From the NCBI RefSeq assembly GCF_000281045.1, contig NW_008246149.1:158235-213961 (forward strand): a stretch of 55,727 nt of DNA. The letters are read 5' to 3'. The position numbers and the translations under genes are program-made. This DNA comes from Saprolegnia diclina VS20 (lineage: Eukaryota). This document shows, in pieces, positions 10,850 to 22,742 of this stretch (the first letter of the stretch is position 1; every line of letters starts with the position of its first letter). The notes under the pieces are model-generated. The model had not been told where the DNA came from. It made no database searches and saw nothing but the letters and a program-made list of their open reading frames with translations.

Positions 10850-12244
10850 ATGGAAGGCCAAGTCCACGTCGCGTCGACGGCCTCGACCGACCGCGCGTGG
10901 CATACGCGCTATATCAAGCTTGACGACATTTCGGCGCAGCTCTTCTGCTACCGCGTACGACGACTCAAATTGCATCGCCTGACGTTTGCATTGGCGTAGG
11001 ACCGCACGATAGCTGAGACCAAATGGGCGCTGCCGTTGCACGGCGCTGACGTCTCGACGCCTCTTCCCGGTGCGCCCACGCACGGCATTGACACGGACGC
11101 GATGCCCTACTGCATTCTGCTGCACCTCTCGAATGGCGACGTCGTCTGTCTCGGTTTCGCCGACGATGGTGCCAAGAAGGCGTGGAGTGCCAAGTTGCTG
11201 CAGGTTGCGTCGCATGGTCCGCGCCAGCACGCCACGTTTGCCAAGCAAGAGACCGACGACTTTTCCTTTGCCGCGCGCGTCGCGGATGTGCGCGTGGACG
11301 CTGGCTACGCCGTACGAGGATACTAAATCACAAGCGATTTCAAAATGTTTGTTTTGAGGTAGGAGTACAAGGTGCAGTGCGCGTGCCGCTTCTTCAACGT
11401 CGCGTATGCGCGCCACTTGTCGATCGAGTGGGTCGTCTGGCATCGGTTCGCCCACTTTGCATCGCTCGACAGCGTCTTGCGCACTGCGTTACCAATGAGC
11501 GGTATTCCGTTTCCGCAGCAAAAGCGCGATGCCCTGCGGACGCTGCTTGGTCACGCGCTGGACGACGCCTTCCTCGCCCAGCGCCGGACGGCCCTCGACA
11601 CGTACCTTTGCAAGGTTCAGAGCTTCTAGACTCGAGATATCCTATGGATCTATTCTAGGTGGTCGAGATTCGAGACGCTGTGGCTTTTCTTACACCGACG
11701 GGCAATGCGGCGCTCAAGGTATAGTCGACTAGCGATCAACTAAGAAAGCACCAAGCGTCCTGCCAGGGCTTTTTCGAGTTTGACGCGCACTGCAGCCACG
11801 AGGTACGTCGATTGAGTGGTCCCATACCGCACTCATTGTGGTTGTATGCTAGGATGTTGTTTTGACAAAGAAGGAAGCGCGCACGCGGACGCCGAGCCAG
11901 GTAGAATCAGGGTCCTTGCAGCGTGTACAGCGGCACGATTACTCGAGTAGGAAAAGACAAAGTCTCCGACCAAACCCAAGGCGAAAGCGACGCCAGCACC
12001 TAGTACACCCAAGACTGACGCTGTCAGCGCCGTCACGAAGCCAATGACGACTAAAAAGAAGCCCAAAGACAAGAAGAAGGCCGAAGGACCGCGGGCGCCC
12101 GAGGTGATTGAGCCACCACCGCCACCGCCGCCGACATGCAGTAAGTCTCAACCAGCAGCACCACCAGTAGTTAGTGCACCTCCGGCGCGTGCCAATTTGC
12201 TGGCGCAGATCCAACAAGGCACCAACTTGCGCCGTGTGACTTAA
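10850..12244 (+). CDS. Multi-exon PH + PX + proline-rich + WH2 protein
   Basis: Manually spliced through about 6 short GT-AG introns. PH (WHTRYIKL...KKAWSAKL), PX (EYKV...WVVWHRFAHFASLDSVL...FLAQRRTALDTYL), PPPPPPP, terminal WH2-like RANLLAQIQQGTNLRRV. Confidence 0.8.
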
Positions 12245-12264
12245 CTCGAAAGATCGTATTCTTG

Positions 12265-14601
12265 CTACTCGTGGTGGGCTTCGTCGTCTACCTACGAGTC
12301 GACAAAGTTGTAAAATGCGAGGCAGTGCATGGACGTACACACGCTCGGCGGGCTTTTTGACCTCCAAAGACTGGCTTAAGGTACGTTTCGTCAATCTAAC
12401 GCCAAACCTCAGCGTCCGATGAGAGGAATACCGACGTCATACGTTGCCCCAGAACGACCCGAGGTAGCTTGGCGAGGCCACACGCTCCGTGGCCGACGAC
12501 TGGCGACGGCGCGGGACTTGAAGTGGCGACACGTCAGCGTGGTCCGACACCTGCACCAACGGTTCCGGCATATCCGAACGCATAACGCGTACCTCGGTTG
12601 ATGACAAGAGACCGCACTCGTCTTCGGCACATGAAGCATCGTCATCCTCTTCGTCGTCGTCGTCGCTCTTCTATGTACGTAATACATAGCAAAAGCGTGC
12701 ATCTGTGGTGCAAAACACCTTGAGTTTGGTCTGCTTGAGCAAAGGCTCGGTCAAGCCGCCACACACAATTGTGGTGAAAATGACCACTACCCGAGGTCAT
12801 CAACCGCTGCATCCAGCATCGCGATACAAACCGGTGAGCGTCGTCGTCGTGTACACGTCGCGGTTGGCGCCGGGCATGTCTCTACATCGCGCTTTGGTAG
12901 TACGTATCAACGATTATTGGTGTGTTGCGTAGTAGTACTGGGACAGGGCGAACGCGATCGCGCCACGGAGACCCGCAAACCACAGGACCACTTGCATTTG
13001 AAACGGGATCTTCTGCGACCGCCTACGCGACGCGTCGTTGCTAGGCATAGACACGGTGCGTGGTACCCGAGGTTGGCGAGCCAGCTGAACGGGAAGATGT
13101 TGAAGAGCCGCGCAATGAGGCAAAAGAGGATCGCGAGCACCATAAAGGTGATGTCCCACCGGCCAAATTGGCCGACGCAAATGCCCATGCCCATGTACAA
13201 AAACACAAAAAATTCGGCTGCGAGCGCAAAGCTCTGAAAGATCGACTCGGCCGTCACCTAACCGCATATATCTATTTTGTCTACTGAAGACGTGAGGGAG
13301 AGAGTCGTACCTGCGACGACGGCGAGAGGTTGTACGTGTTGTAGTGGGCCATCGTGATGCCGCAGAAGAAGAGAGACATGATGCCCGAGAGCTTCATGAC
13401 TTCGGCCAGCGAATACGACCCGTACGCAAAGAGGAAGAGGAGCGCGATCTCGTACTTGGGGTACTTTTTGATGTTGGTATTCTTGCAGAGGAGCGAGCAG
13501 CCCAGCCTACATACCCCATACATATCCATCGCACGCGCAAGACGGATAGTACCCCGTGACAAATCCACACGCGACCGACCCGAGCGAGATAAACGTAAAC
13601 TCGATGAGGAGCATGCCGACCGCATATGGCGTGAATTCGTGCCCCGACTCGTAAAACTAGAAAAAATTCGAGATAAAAACTAGGAAATAGCGAAAAATGT
13701 ACCTTGAGAAAGGTGTTGAAGAGCACAATCGAGACGGCGTCGTTGAGGACACTCTCCCCAAACACGAGGCTGTACAAGAGCGGGTCCAAATTGAGTTCGG
13801 GGTTGCCGAGGATCGAGAGCGTTGCGACAGGGTCCACTGCCGAGATGAGCGCGCCAAAAAGTAGTGCCTCCAGCGGACTTGACGTATCGATCGAGATCCA
13901 TCCGAGCTGGTCAAGGTCCCGTCACGACGAATGAACACAGAGCATCGTCCTACCTGGCCAGCGTAGAAGGTCAAGAACCCAACAATGAACGTCGACACCA
14001 TCGTCCCCAGCACAGCGTAGAGCAGGATCGTACTACACTTGGTGCAGACAACAACGCTTGCACGCTCGAAATGTCTACCTAAAGTTGTCAAAGAAGTTTT
14101 TCTACCCAAATGGGATGAGCTCCTCGAGGACGAGAATCGCGCGACTGTACCCGATGGAGCGAGTAGCCGGCTTCAAAGATGATGGGCGGCAGTAGGAAGA
14201 AGTAAAACAGCAGCTTCTACCCTCGGTGCATGAGCTCCGGCGCGGGCGGACGCACGTACGTTGAAGCGCAGAAACTCCATTTCCTTGCGGCTCGGGTAAA
14301 ACAGGCGCGCGCTACACACCGCATCGTCCTCGGTACCGATCAAGAGCACAGTACCATGCGCCGACGATGAGCCCGACGATCATGGCGGCGCCCGACTCGG
14401 GCAGGTAGTAGAACCGGTACTCCTTGATCAAGTAGGCGCAGACGATGCACATGCCGAGGATGATGACGAAGAGGAGCGTGTTGAGCGCGCCAAAGTCATG
14501 AAGCACCTCGCCCGACGTCGCCTTCTCTACACCATCATGTGCATGAGCCATCGTCCTCTTCGCGTCGTCTTGACCGGACCCATGATGTTGATGTCGACCA
14601 T
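12265..14601 (-). CDS. Na+/H+ exchanger, CPA1 family, NHE8/SLC9A8-like, many exons
   Basis: [63 protein letters not shown]-terminal YLKPVFGG. Start inferred as MVDINIM/EKATSGE with a 53-nt first intron; alternative ATG at 14551. Confidence 0.9.
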
Positions 14602-14699
14602 GCTGCAGCTTGGACGTGTGCTGGATTCTGGAATAGACCTCCCAGAATGCATCGTGCAATATCAATTCATAGAGGTGCGCGCCACGCCGAAAGGGCACG

Positions 14700-17600
14700 A
14701 TGCCACGCGACGAGGCCAAGCCGTCGCTGCCTCCGATCCAGCGCGCGCCGATGGGCGATGACCCGACGCGCGTCGACAACAACGGCCTCGACGCGAAGGT
14801 ACAGAGCCTGCCCGATGCGGCGCTGCTCTTTACACGGCCGGCGGGCCGCCCGCTCGAGGTGTGGCACGACCCCGTGGCAACCAGCAAGCCGACAGCGATG
14901 ACATCGTGGGCCAAGAAGCGACCGCGCTCGCCGGGCGTCAATACGCAGCTGCAGCCGCTTCGAAGCGACGGCAAGAGTCCTCGGTGCGCTGCATGCTTCG
15001 TCGGAGTCGTTTGAAGCGTGTGGGCGTAGGCGCATGCGGTCGTTCGTGCAGAACTTTTTGGCCGACGACATGGGCACGTTTCGCAGCGACATCGACTTGC
15101 ACAAGCACGCTGTCGACACGGGCCGTGCCGTCACGGACGCCGACGTGCAGGAGGTGGCGCGTATGCTGCCAGGTCTCAAGACGCTTCGGCTCTCGCACTG
15201 CGTCGACGTCTCGGATGCGTGCTTGTGGTACTACAATCGTACGCTGTCAACGGTATGTCGTTGAGCGCTAGCGTAGGGCGGTTGCCAAGCACTGTCCGTC
15301 GCTTACGGGCATCTACATGAGCCAATGCGAGCGCATCACCGACCTCGGTCTGCGCGTGCTCGCCCACAACTGCAAACTCGTGACCGTGGATCTGAGTGAC
15401 TGCAAGCAGCTCGGTGACCTCGCGCTTGCAACGCTGGCCGCGGGCTGCTGGATGATCGAGACGTTCATTCTCGCGCGCTGCCCGCATGTGACGGACGTCG
15501 GCATCGCCAAGATTGCGCAGTGCTGCAAAGGCCTCACGTACATCGACGTCTCCGAGTGCCAGCACGTCGGCGAGTTTGGTGACAAGGCGCTCCTCGAGCT
15601 CGGCAAGTGGTGCGGGAACCTCAAGCATTTAGACCTCTTTGGCTGTCGGCACGTCCGCGACATGGGCATCCGCGCGATCGCAAACGGCTGCCCGCGCCTC
15701 TCGACGCTCAAGCTCACGGGCTGTCGCGACGTGAGCAGCATCTCGATCCAGGAGCTTGCTTCCAAGTGCCACGCGCTCATGCGGCTCTCGCTCGCTGGCT
15801 GCGTCAAAACGCGCAACGAAGATCTGGTCTTGCTCGCCGCCTCATGCAAGGAGCTCGTTTGGCTCGACATTAGCGGGAGCCCAAATCTCTCGAACCGAGG
15901 CATCGCAGCGCTCGCGCAGCACTGCACGTCGCTGACGCACCTCAATCTCTCCGACTGCCAGCACGTCAACGACAAGGTACTCATTACTCGTTGAATATGA
16001 AAAGGGCTTTGAAGAAGTGTGTTAGGTGCTGCGGACGCTCGGCGATCACTTGCGGTCGCTCACGTCACTGTCCCTTGTCAACTGCGGTCGCATCACCGAG
16101 GCCGGCATCGACGCCATCACGACCCAATGTACCAAGCTGTTTACACTCAACATGACCGAGTGCCCTCACATTCGTCGCCGCTACCTCCACGAGGTGCATC
16201 GTCGCCATGTTCGTATCTCATGAGCAGAGTAGCTCGTCGCGCGCCTCGAGTTTGTCGACTGGTCGAGCGCCTTCTTTGGCATTGAGCCGCTGCCCAACGC
16301 CATGGACCTCCAGCTGCGCGTATGTCAAATTGTCTTCGTTTTCAGTGTTTTTGAGAAAATGCCATAGAAAGAGCGTCGGATTCTCGAGCGCCAAAGCGCG
16401 ATCCAGATCCAAGCTGTCATGCGAGGGTGCCTCGCGCGCGGCGGTGTCTACGGCGCCAAGCTCCGGCGCGTCGAGCGCACGACGTTGCCCAAGATCCAGG
16501 CGCGCATCCGGGGATGGCTTGCCCGCAGCGCGTACCGCCAACTGCTTCTCGCCCGCCTCCAGCTCGTCATGGCTCAGATCATTCAACGCGCCTATCGCCA
16601 GTGCCTCGTGCGGCGCATGTGTCGGCGTGCGCGGCGGCTTTTGCGCATTCGCAACAGCCAAGAAGCGGCCGCCATCATCTTTCAAAAAGTACATTTTGGT
16701 CGTTCGTGCATTGACAAAGACAGTTTTCGCGTAGATGTATCGCGGGCACAAGGGACGCAAGCGTGTTGCACAGATGCGCGCGCGCAAGGCCGCCCATGCC
16801 CAGCTCGAGGCGCGGCGCGCGGTGCTTTTTGAACTCGCAGCCATCAAAGTCCAGCAAATGTACCGCGGGCACAAAGGCCGCGGCGACTGTCTCCTCTTAC
16901 GTCAGATGCGCGAGTCCGCGCGGCTGCAGCGCGAGAAGGAGCGGGTCGCAGCGGCGATGCTCCAGCGCATCTACCGCGGCCACCGCGGACGAAAAGCATA
17001 CCAGCTGCGCCTGCTCCAGCTGCAAGAGCTCCAAAACCAGCACGCCAAAGCGACTACCATGCAAGCTTCGTACCGCCGCTTCCAGACGCGCCAGCAGGCC
17101 AAGATCGCTGCCGCCCAAGACGCCGAAGCCGCCAAGCTTCGCGCGATCGTGTGCATCCAAAAGCACTGGCGCGGCACGCGTGAAAAGCACTTGGGCGCCA
17201 TTATGCTCGGGCTTGTGTATCTGCGTCGACGCGAGCACGAGGCCGCGCGCGTGATTCAGAGCCGATGCCGCGCGTTCCTCACGCGGGGGCTGCTCCGCGC
17301 GATGAAGGAGGTGCTCCGGCTCAAACTCTCGCGCGAACGTGGCGCGACAACGATCCAGCGTGTGTTTCGGGGGCATAAAGGACGCGAAGCCCATGACGTG
17401 CAAATCGAACTGCGCAAGCTCGAAGGCCAGGCCAAGCCTTTGTACGTTCGCATCGCCAAGTTTGAAAAGGCGGTTGTCGGGCTCAAAACATCGGTCGAGA
17501 CGCTTTCGTCAGCGCTGGCGGCCGACCAAGCCGACGAGGTACGTTGCTTGTCTCGCCCACGAGAGCTCGATGTCCTTGGTCGTAGGCTGCGATCGCAAGT

Positions 17601-19154
17601 GAGCTCGAGAAGACCATGACGATCAAATCGAAATTTCACGACTCGGCGCGGATCACGGGGGCCAAGCAGCGGTACCTTACCCGGTACCTCCAAGCGCAGC
17701 TCGCGGACCAGCTCCAGAAGAAGCGCATGCTCGTCGCGGTCGAGAGCCGCAACCTCGAGCTCGCGGTCGCCGAGCTCAATGAAAGCGAGAAGCAGCTGCG
17801 CTTCGCCAAGCGCGAGCTACAGCCGCTCACCGAAGGCGTCGAGCGCAAGACCAAGGCGAGTCGCGTGAGTCGCCTCCAGCACCAAGTGCGTGCGCAGCGC
17901 GGAGGTGCGATTGCGCTGCAGCGGCTCTTTCGCGGGTACCGCGTCCGCGCGGCCGTTGCCGAAGGTTCAAACCGCTGGATCGAGCTCTACGATCCGGTAC
18001 TCGAGCGGCTCTACTACGTCAACGCGTGGAGCCAGGAGACGCGGCGTGTGCGGCCGCTCGCAATGGGCATCTTTGGCGACAGCTTTGTGCCACCGTACAA
18101 GGGCACGTCGTGGTACCAGTGCCGCGACGAGACAACCCACGCGTTCTACTACTTCAACCGCGAGACGCACGAGTACCGGTGGGAGCCACCGGAGGCAACG
18201 ACGAGCGCCCGCGACGTCTTTGAAGCCCAAAAGAAAGACGAGTTGACGCAGCGAGCTATTCGAACGCGGCGCATCGGCGCCTGGGAAGAGCATGTGGATC
18301 CAGTGTCCAACTCGACGTACTACTACCACCCCGAGACAGGCGAGTCGACATGGACGCTGCCACCGACACGAGCGCACTCGGGCCGCGTCTCGACCGGGCG
18401 GCGGTCGGTACATAGCCTCGAGCGCGCCGACGTGCCGATACAGTGGCAGTACTACTACGGTTACGACGTGGATGACGAGAGTAGGCGGCTCGTGAAGCGA
18501 TCGTCGCCGCGGTCGCCGTGGACCGAGTGCTTTGACGAGTCGTACCAGCTACCGTACTACTACAATCAGCTCACGACTGAGTGCCGATGGACAAAGCCCG
18601 ACGACTTTGACGTGCCTGTGACACAAGCGTCGCCGTCGCAAGGCCTTGAGTGGTTCAACGAACAGACCGAGAAGAATACGCTCTCGGCGCGGCGGTTTAC
18701 AAAGACGCGCGACATTGGCTCGATCTGGGAAGAGCACGCGGACGCTGAGACCGGCGTTGTCTACTACTTTAACACGATCACGGGCGAGACGCGCTGGTCG
18801 CTCACGCCGCGCAGCTCCCGCGACGACGAGGCCGCGGCGAACCGCATGCCGTTGACGTTAAAGGCCAAGCTGGACGCCGCCAATGAGAAAGGACCGGTCG
18901 CGTACGCTGGCCGCGATGTGCATGCAGCGTGGCTGGCAGACGCGGTCGAGGCCAAAGAGTGGGCCAAAGCCGACGGCCTCGTCGAAGAAATGCGGTGGCG
19001 CGAGGTGGAAGCTGAGGCCAACCCTACCCCGCCCGACGAGGTTGGCACGACGCCCGAGTGGCAGCCCATGGAAGAGAACGGCGCTGTGTTTTGGTACAAC
19101 ACACGCACGGGCGAGTCAACGTGGGATCCACCCACACGTGATGGGCTCGAATAA
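14700..19154 (+). CDS. Multi-exon protein: cysteine-containing LRRs, multiple IQ motifs, coiled coil, about 6 WW domains
   Basis: LRR_CC repeats (LSDCKQLGD, LARCPHVTD, LFGCRHVRD); IQ motifs (IQAVMRG, VQQMYRGH, LQRIYRGH, IQRVFRGH, LQRLFRGY); WW units such as WEEHVDPVSNSTYYYHPETGESTWTLP. Exons join through short introns. Confidence 0.85.
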
Positions 19155-19438
19155 CTCGAATAACGTTATAGTCCTTTGAGTTTTAAATGCTTAATGGATC
19201 TCGCGCCAACATTTTTTGATTGCCAGAGCTTGCGACGTACAGCGCTGTCCGCGTCAGTTGGGGTTCTAAGTTAAGGCTAGCGCTCCGCCTCTTCTCGCCG
19301 CAAAGCTCAACACAGCGCCTCCGTGCATTAGGTACCACCAAAAACGTAGTAAACAAAGGATCAACCGCGAAGCAACACCGGTTTAACACTTTAGACATGA
19401 ATATGAACACTGGACTTCTATTGTAGTTAGTAGGTTGT

Positions 19439-21140
19439 CTATGCGAGGCCGCCCATGCAGACGTACTTGAGTTCCGTGTAGTCGTCCTACATAAATCGCG
19501 ATCATCAGAGACCATTCCAATTCCAAGACACGAGTTCGTACCATGCCGATGATCGAGCCTTCGCGGCCGAGGCCCGACTGCTTGATGCCGCCAAACGGCG
19601 CCTGGACGGCCGAGATGAGGCCGACGTTGATGCCGACCATGCCCGCCTCGAGGTTCTCCGACATGCGCCACGCGCGTCCGAGGTCCTTTGTGAAGCAATA
19701 GGCGGCGAGACCCATTTCAGTGGCGTTGGCCACCTTGACGACTTCGTCTTCGGTCGAAAACTTCTGAAGCGCGACGATCGGGCCAAAGCACTCTTCGTTG
19801 GCGACGCGCATGGCCGGCGTCACGTTGGTGAGCACGGTCGGTGTCATGTACGCCGGGCCGAGCGGACTCGGGGTCGCGCCAAGCAGCGCCGTCGCACCGT
19901 GCGCAACCGCATCCTCAACCACCGCCGTCAACTACAATGCACACCCATGTCAGATCTCAGATCTGAGAGACCACAAGATGGCGAAGAAGCGGACCTTGGT
20001 CACGGCACCCGCGTTGATGAGCGGACCAAGGTCAAAGCCGCGCTCGTGTGCAATGCCTTGCTTGAGCTGCGCGACGCGCGCCACAAGCGCGGCCGCAAAC
20101 GCGTCAAAGCTGCCTTCCTGCACGTACACGCGGTTGGGGCACACGCACGTCTGGCCCGTGTTGCGAAACTTGGCCTGGACGAGGCCCTCGACAGCTTCGG
20201 GGATATCGGCGTCGTCAAACACGATGAACGGCGCAAGTCCGCCAAGCTCCATCGACACCTTCTTCAACGTGCTCGCACACTGCTCTGTGAGGAGCTTGCC
20301 GACAACCGTCGAGCCCGTAAATGTGAGCTTGCGCACCTAGCATAGTAGGATAAGACTTGGGTTCGAAAGAGGCAACTTGACATACTTGCGTCGCCGTCGA
20401 GAGGGTACGGCCAATCTCGGCCGCGGCCTCGCGCGGGCTCGGCACAATGTTCATGACACCAGCGGGCACGCCAGCCTCCTCGCCGAGCTTGGCGAACGCG
20501 AGCGCCGAGAGCGGCGTCGACTCGGCGGGCTTGACGACGGCCGTGCAGCCGGCCGCAAGCGCAGGTCCGACCTTGCGCGCGAGCATGCCAATGGGGAAGT
20601 TCCAAGGCGTGATCATGGCGCAGACACCGACAGGCTGGCGCATGGCCATCATGCGACGGCCCGCGGCGTGGCTCGGGATCATAAAGCCTTCGTAGCGCAG
20701 CGCTTCGTGCCCGAAAAACTTGAGGTAGTCGGCCGCATACGACACTTCGCCAATGGCCTCGGCAATCGGCTTGCCGCTCTCCTTGGCCATGATCATGCCA
20801 AGGTCCAGCTCGTTTTCGCGCAGGAGGCGGTCCCATTTCTGGAGAATCGCCGCGCGGTGCGTCGGCGTCGTTTTCTTCCACTCGTGGAACGCCACGTCGG
20901 CCGCATCAATGGCTGCCTTGGTGTCGGCCGCGTCCATGGCCGCCACGTCGCCCAAGGGTGCGTCCAAGGACGGATCAATGACCGTGTACGTGGCACCTAC
21001 AAACACGCTGGTCAGTGGCACAGGGTGTTGCATGGAAGCGCACCCGAGATGGCATTGAGCCAGCGGCCACCAATGTAGCCTTGGGACTGGATCAAGTCGG
21101 GGCGGCGCAGAAGGCCCTTGAAGGCGGAGGTGAGTGTCAT
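19439..21140 (-). CDS. gabD: Succinate-semialdehyde dehydrogenase (ALDH5/GabD-like), multi-exon
   Basis: ITPWNFP, VVKPAESTPLSA, FTGSTVVGK, MELGG, catalytic KFRNTGQTCVC, EECFGP, APFGGIKQSGLGREGS; last exon DDYTELKYVCMGGLA*. Confidence 0.9.
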
Positions 21141-21552
21141 CGGCAAAGGCAAAGGCAAAGTGGCGACTGGCAACGGCCGTTGGCGCCGAGATGTGCGAGC
21201 GTACGCCGAGCAGATCCACGGCAATCCATATCCGGATCGTATCCGGTAGTTAAGAAGCATTACCCATTAAAAAGCCTCTTTACGTAGCACATGGTTGCAG
21301 TCCGCTCAAGTGCGAAATACGTCGAGCCATTCGCCAAAGTTCGTTTTGCGTCTGCGAACTTCGACTCTCGAAGATTCGAACATCAAACCGTGTGACGAGG
21401 CAGTGGTTGCCACGAAGCTCGCGCTTGCAGCAGGCTGAGGGGGCTGGGACGAGCGGGCGACCGCCGGTCGGTCGGCGCGACTGCACCCAACGGGTGGCTC
21501 AACTTAATTATAGTTAGCACGACTAGTAGTGTCATGGCAATAGATACAGCGC

Positions 21553-22530
21553 TCAGTTCGACAGGAGCAAGTGGAGGTCGTTGTCCCGGCGCTGGCGCTT
21601 GGCGCACGGCTCGCCGATCGCAAGCGGCGACACTGGGTCTGACTCGGTCTTGACTTGCGGCCGGAGAAGCGGCGAGCCGTGGTTGCGCTCGATATCGAAA
21701 AGGCCTATCGAGGTCAAGTGGGCGCCCGAGAGGACCGAAGCCACGTCTTCGACGTTGCCGAGGAGCTTGAGCAGCGGCGAGACAAAGTCGATCACGACAT
21801 CGTGGCGCACGATGCGGCCGTCATCGTCGAAGTACGAGTGCACCGTGTCGATGGCGTCGACCTCGATGCCGATGAGCGCTTGCACGAGCCGCTCGTTGAC
21901 GAGGACGTGTGGGTACAGAGTCGCTAGCGTGTTGCGCGAGATGCGGCACATGTAGCGCGAGACAGCGCGGACGACGACGCTGTCGCCCTCCTTCATGAGC
22001 TCACAGCTGAGTGGAAATATGCGCAGCGTGTGATGCGAGCTCGTCATAAGGCGCCACTGCTCGAGGACGCTCTCCGCCCCCTGCGTATCCATAAAGCACG
22101 TGTCTTCCGTCATGATGGTTCGCACAAAGTTGCGCTGGCGCGTTTGCTGCTCGACATTGTTGGTCGCAAACCCGTTCGAGAAGACGCGGTAGTACTCTTC
22201 GATGACGCGGACGGCGGCCATGCCGCTCACAGGGTAGCGCTCCAGCTCGTCGACGCTCTGCTGGCCCATCGCTCGCAGCACGCCTTCGAGGCGCTCGTTC
22301 TCCTTGGCCTTGGCGTCGTTCTGGGCCTCGAGCGTCTTGGCCATGCCCATGCGCTTGAGGCGGCTGTTGCGCTGGTTGATCTTCCACTGCTCGCGGCGTT
22401 TGAGGCGCTTCTCGGCCTCGGCGTCATGCAGCGTCGACGTCGACATGCTTCTTGGCGTCTTCTTGGAAACTCTGCCCAATGTTGCTGACTCGCTCTCGTC
22501 GCAGCACATGTCAACTGCCTCTCTCCGCAT
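21553..22530 (-). CDS. Oomycete-type bZIP transcription factor
   Basis: Basic region KRLKRREQWKINQRNSRLKR, heptad zipper, then the typical oomycete bZIP C-terminal domain (VIEEYYRVFSNG...VLEQWR...LYPHV...FDDDGRIVR). True start may be 22509 or 22446. Confidence 0.85.
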   Translation of the reverse strand: MRREAVDMCCDESESATLGRVSKKTPRSMSTSTLHDAEAEKRLKRREQWKINQRNSRLKRMGMAKTLEAQNDAKAKENERLEGVLRAMGQQSVDELERYPVSGMAAVRVIEEYYRVFSNGFATNNVEQQTRQRNFVRTIMTEDTCFMDTQGAESVLEQWRLMTSSHHTLRIFPLSCELMKEGDSVVVRAVSRYMCRISRNTLATLYPHVLVNERLVQALIGIEVDAIDTVHSYFDDDGRIVRHDVVIDFVSPLLKLLGNVEDVASVLSGAHLTSIGLFDIERNHGSPLLRPQVKTESDPVSPLAIGEPCAKRQRRDNDLHLLLSN

Positions 22531-22742
22531 CGACCAATCCGCGGCTGGTAATATCCGGACGCTTTATGGCTACTGGTGTTTAAACGCGTTTTATGTGCGC
22601 CATGAAAATGCATAATTCTGCATGAAAGGGTACCGCATAGGCTAAACGGCCATCCAAACAGGAATTTCACAGGATGCTACTAAGAAAATAAATGCAAATG
22701 CATCGCGCAGAGTTACTCGGTCAGGGTTTACCGCGAAGCTTC

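Noticed and set aside
21141..21260. In-frame upstream ATG that could add an Arg-rich targeting peptide to SSADH
   Set aside because: An initiator-like sequence near 21170 suggests transcription starts downstream of it. It cannot be resolved without 5' end data.
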